DNA of 33,460 nucleotides, taken from the IMG/VR virus record IMGVR_UViG_3300027852_000034, positions 1 through 33,460 of that record; one strand, 5' to 3'. Positions 32,953-33,460 of the stretch are shown one piece after another. Under the pieces are notes generated by a model that was given only the letters and a program-made list of their open reading frames with translations, had not been told where the DNA came from and made no database searches. How positions within the stretch are numbered: the stretch's first letter is position 1; every line of letters starts with the position of its first letter. This DNA comes from a virus (lineage: Duplodnaviria; Heunggongvirae; Uroviricota; Caudoviricetes). The position numbers and the translations under genes are program-made.

Positions 32953-33156
32953 TTAATTATACCTGCAGAGCATCTTTTCGATCTCTTCATAAGCATCAAA
33001 AGCACCACGATGATAAGATTCCATACATTGCCTATGTGATAGATAGTCGCTTGGGCTATTCCCTTCCTTTGCGATGTAATCTGTGATGTTCTCAGCATAC
33101 ATCTCCATTCTTGTTTTATGAGCATTTTTCAACTCTCGTAACTTAGCCATATCCAT
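32953..33156 (-). CDS. hypothetical protein
   Basis: GGGAG RBS. Confidence 0.65.
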   Translation of the reverse strand: MDMAKLRELKNAHKTRMEMYAENITDYIAKEGNSPSDYLSHRQCMESYHRGAFDAYEEIEKMLCRYN

Positions 33157-33170
33157 ATCTTTCTCCCGTT

Positions 33171-33211
33171 AAAAGCAAAAAGGGTACTGCCGTATAAATG
33201 ACAGTACCCTT
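33171..33211 (-). terminator. intrinsic terminator
   Basis: AAGGGTACTG/CAGTACCCTT stem with a T run on the minus strand. Confidence 0.75.
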
Positions 33212-33228
33212 ATATCTCAAGGAATACC

Positions 33229-33460
33229 TTAAGATACCTTCTTTTCTGCTACTTTTTCAGTGGCCGCAGCCTTCTTTTTCGGTACCTTTGGAGTAGTAAC
33301 TTTCTTCTCCGCTGGTTTCGCAGCAGCATCCTTCTTTGATTTGACATGGTTCTTATAGAACTCACCTTCAGTCAGTGCTTTTGCAAGTACCTTCTGAATG
33401 CGCCCCTGCTCCTGATTCAGAGCAGTAGCAGTGAGACCGATACGGGAACCTTCTTTGATG
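33229..33460 (-). CDS. C-terminal part of a protein with a histone-H1-like K/A/P tail
   Basis: Open frame from the window edge ...KKDAAAKPAEKKVTTPKVPKKKAAATEKVAEKKVS*; not in the ORF track. Confidence 0.75.
   Translation of the reverse strand, partial: IKEGSRIGLTATALNQEQGRIQKVLAKALTEGEFYKNHVKSKKDAAAKPAEKKVTTPKVPKKKAAATEKVAEKKVS

Overview
A 33.5 kb fragment of an AT-rich (roughly 35% GC, estimated by eye) large dsDNA bacteriophage, probably infecting a proteobacterium. No structural, lysis or integrase genes are in the window. Left third, minus strand: a nucleotide-metabolism and replication block with split class II ribonucleotide reductase NrdJa/NrdJb, dTMP kinase, dUTPase, a MazG-like pyrophosphatase, an SbcC/gp46-like ATPase and a DNA primase. 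Middle, minus strand: about 45 tightly packed small hypothetical genes. Three of their intergenic gaps hold structured RNA candidates (9385-9532, 11247-11340, 11571-11733). This block also carries a MerR/Xis-like HTH gene and the 7-deazaguanine genes queE and queD. At 21.8-23.3 kb there is a plus-strand island led by an endonuclease VII-like gene. The 23.3-27.3 kb region is the most unusual. It has long non-coding GATC/CCATG-rich tracts, a sigma54-like promoter with two consensus IHF sites and two families of dyad sites, and a convergent pair of paralogous genes with histone-H1-like tails. Each paralog is followed by a CsrA/RsmA-type hairpin, and the pair flanks a polar CTG tract and a ~49-bp degenerate repeat array. 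Right end, minus strand: early-type small genes behind repeated conserved promoter motifs. All annotation is by manual motif reading; no database searches or folding programs were run.
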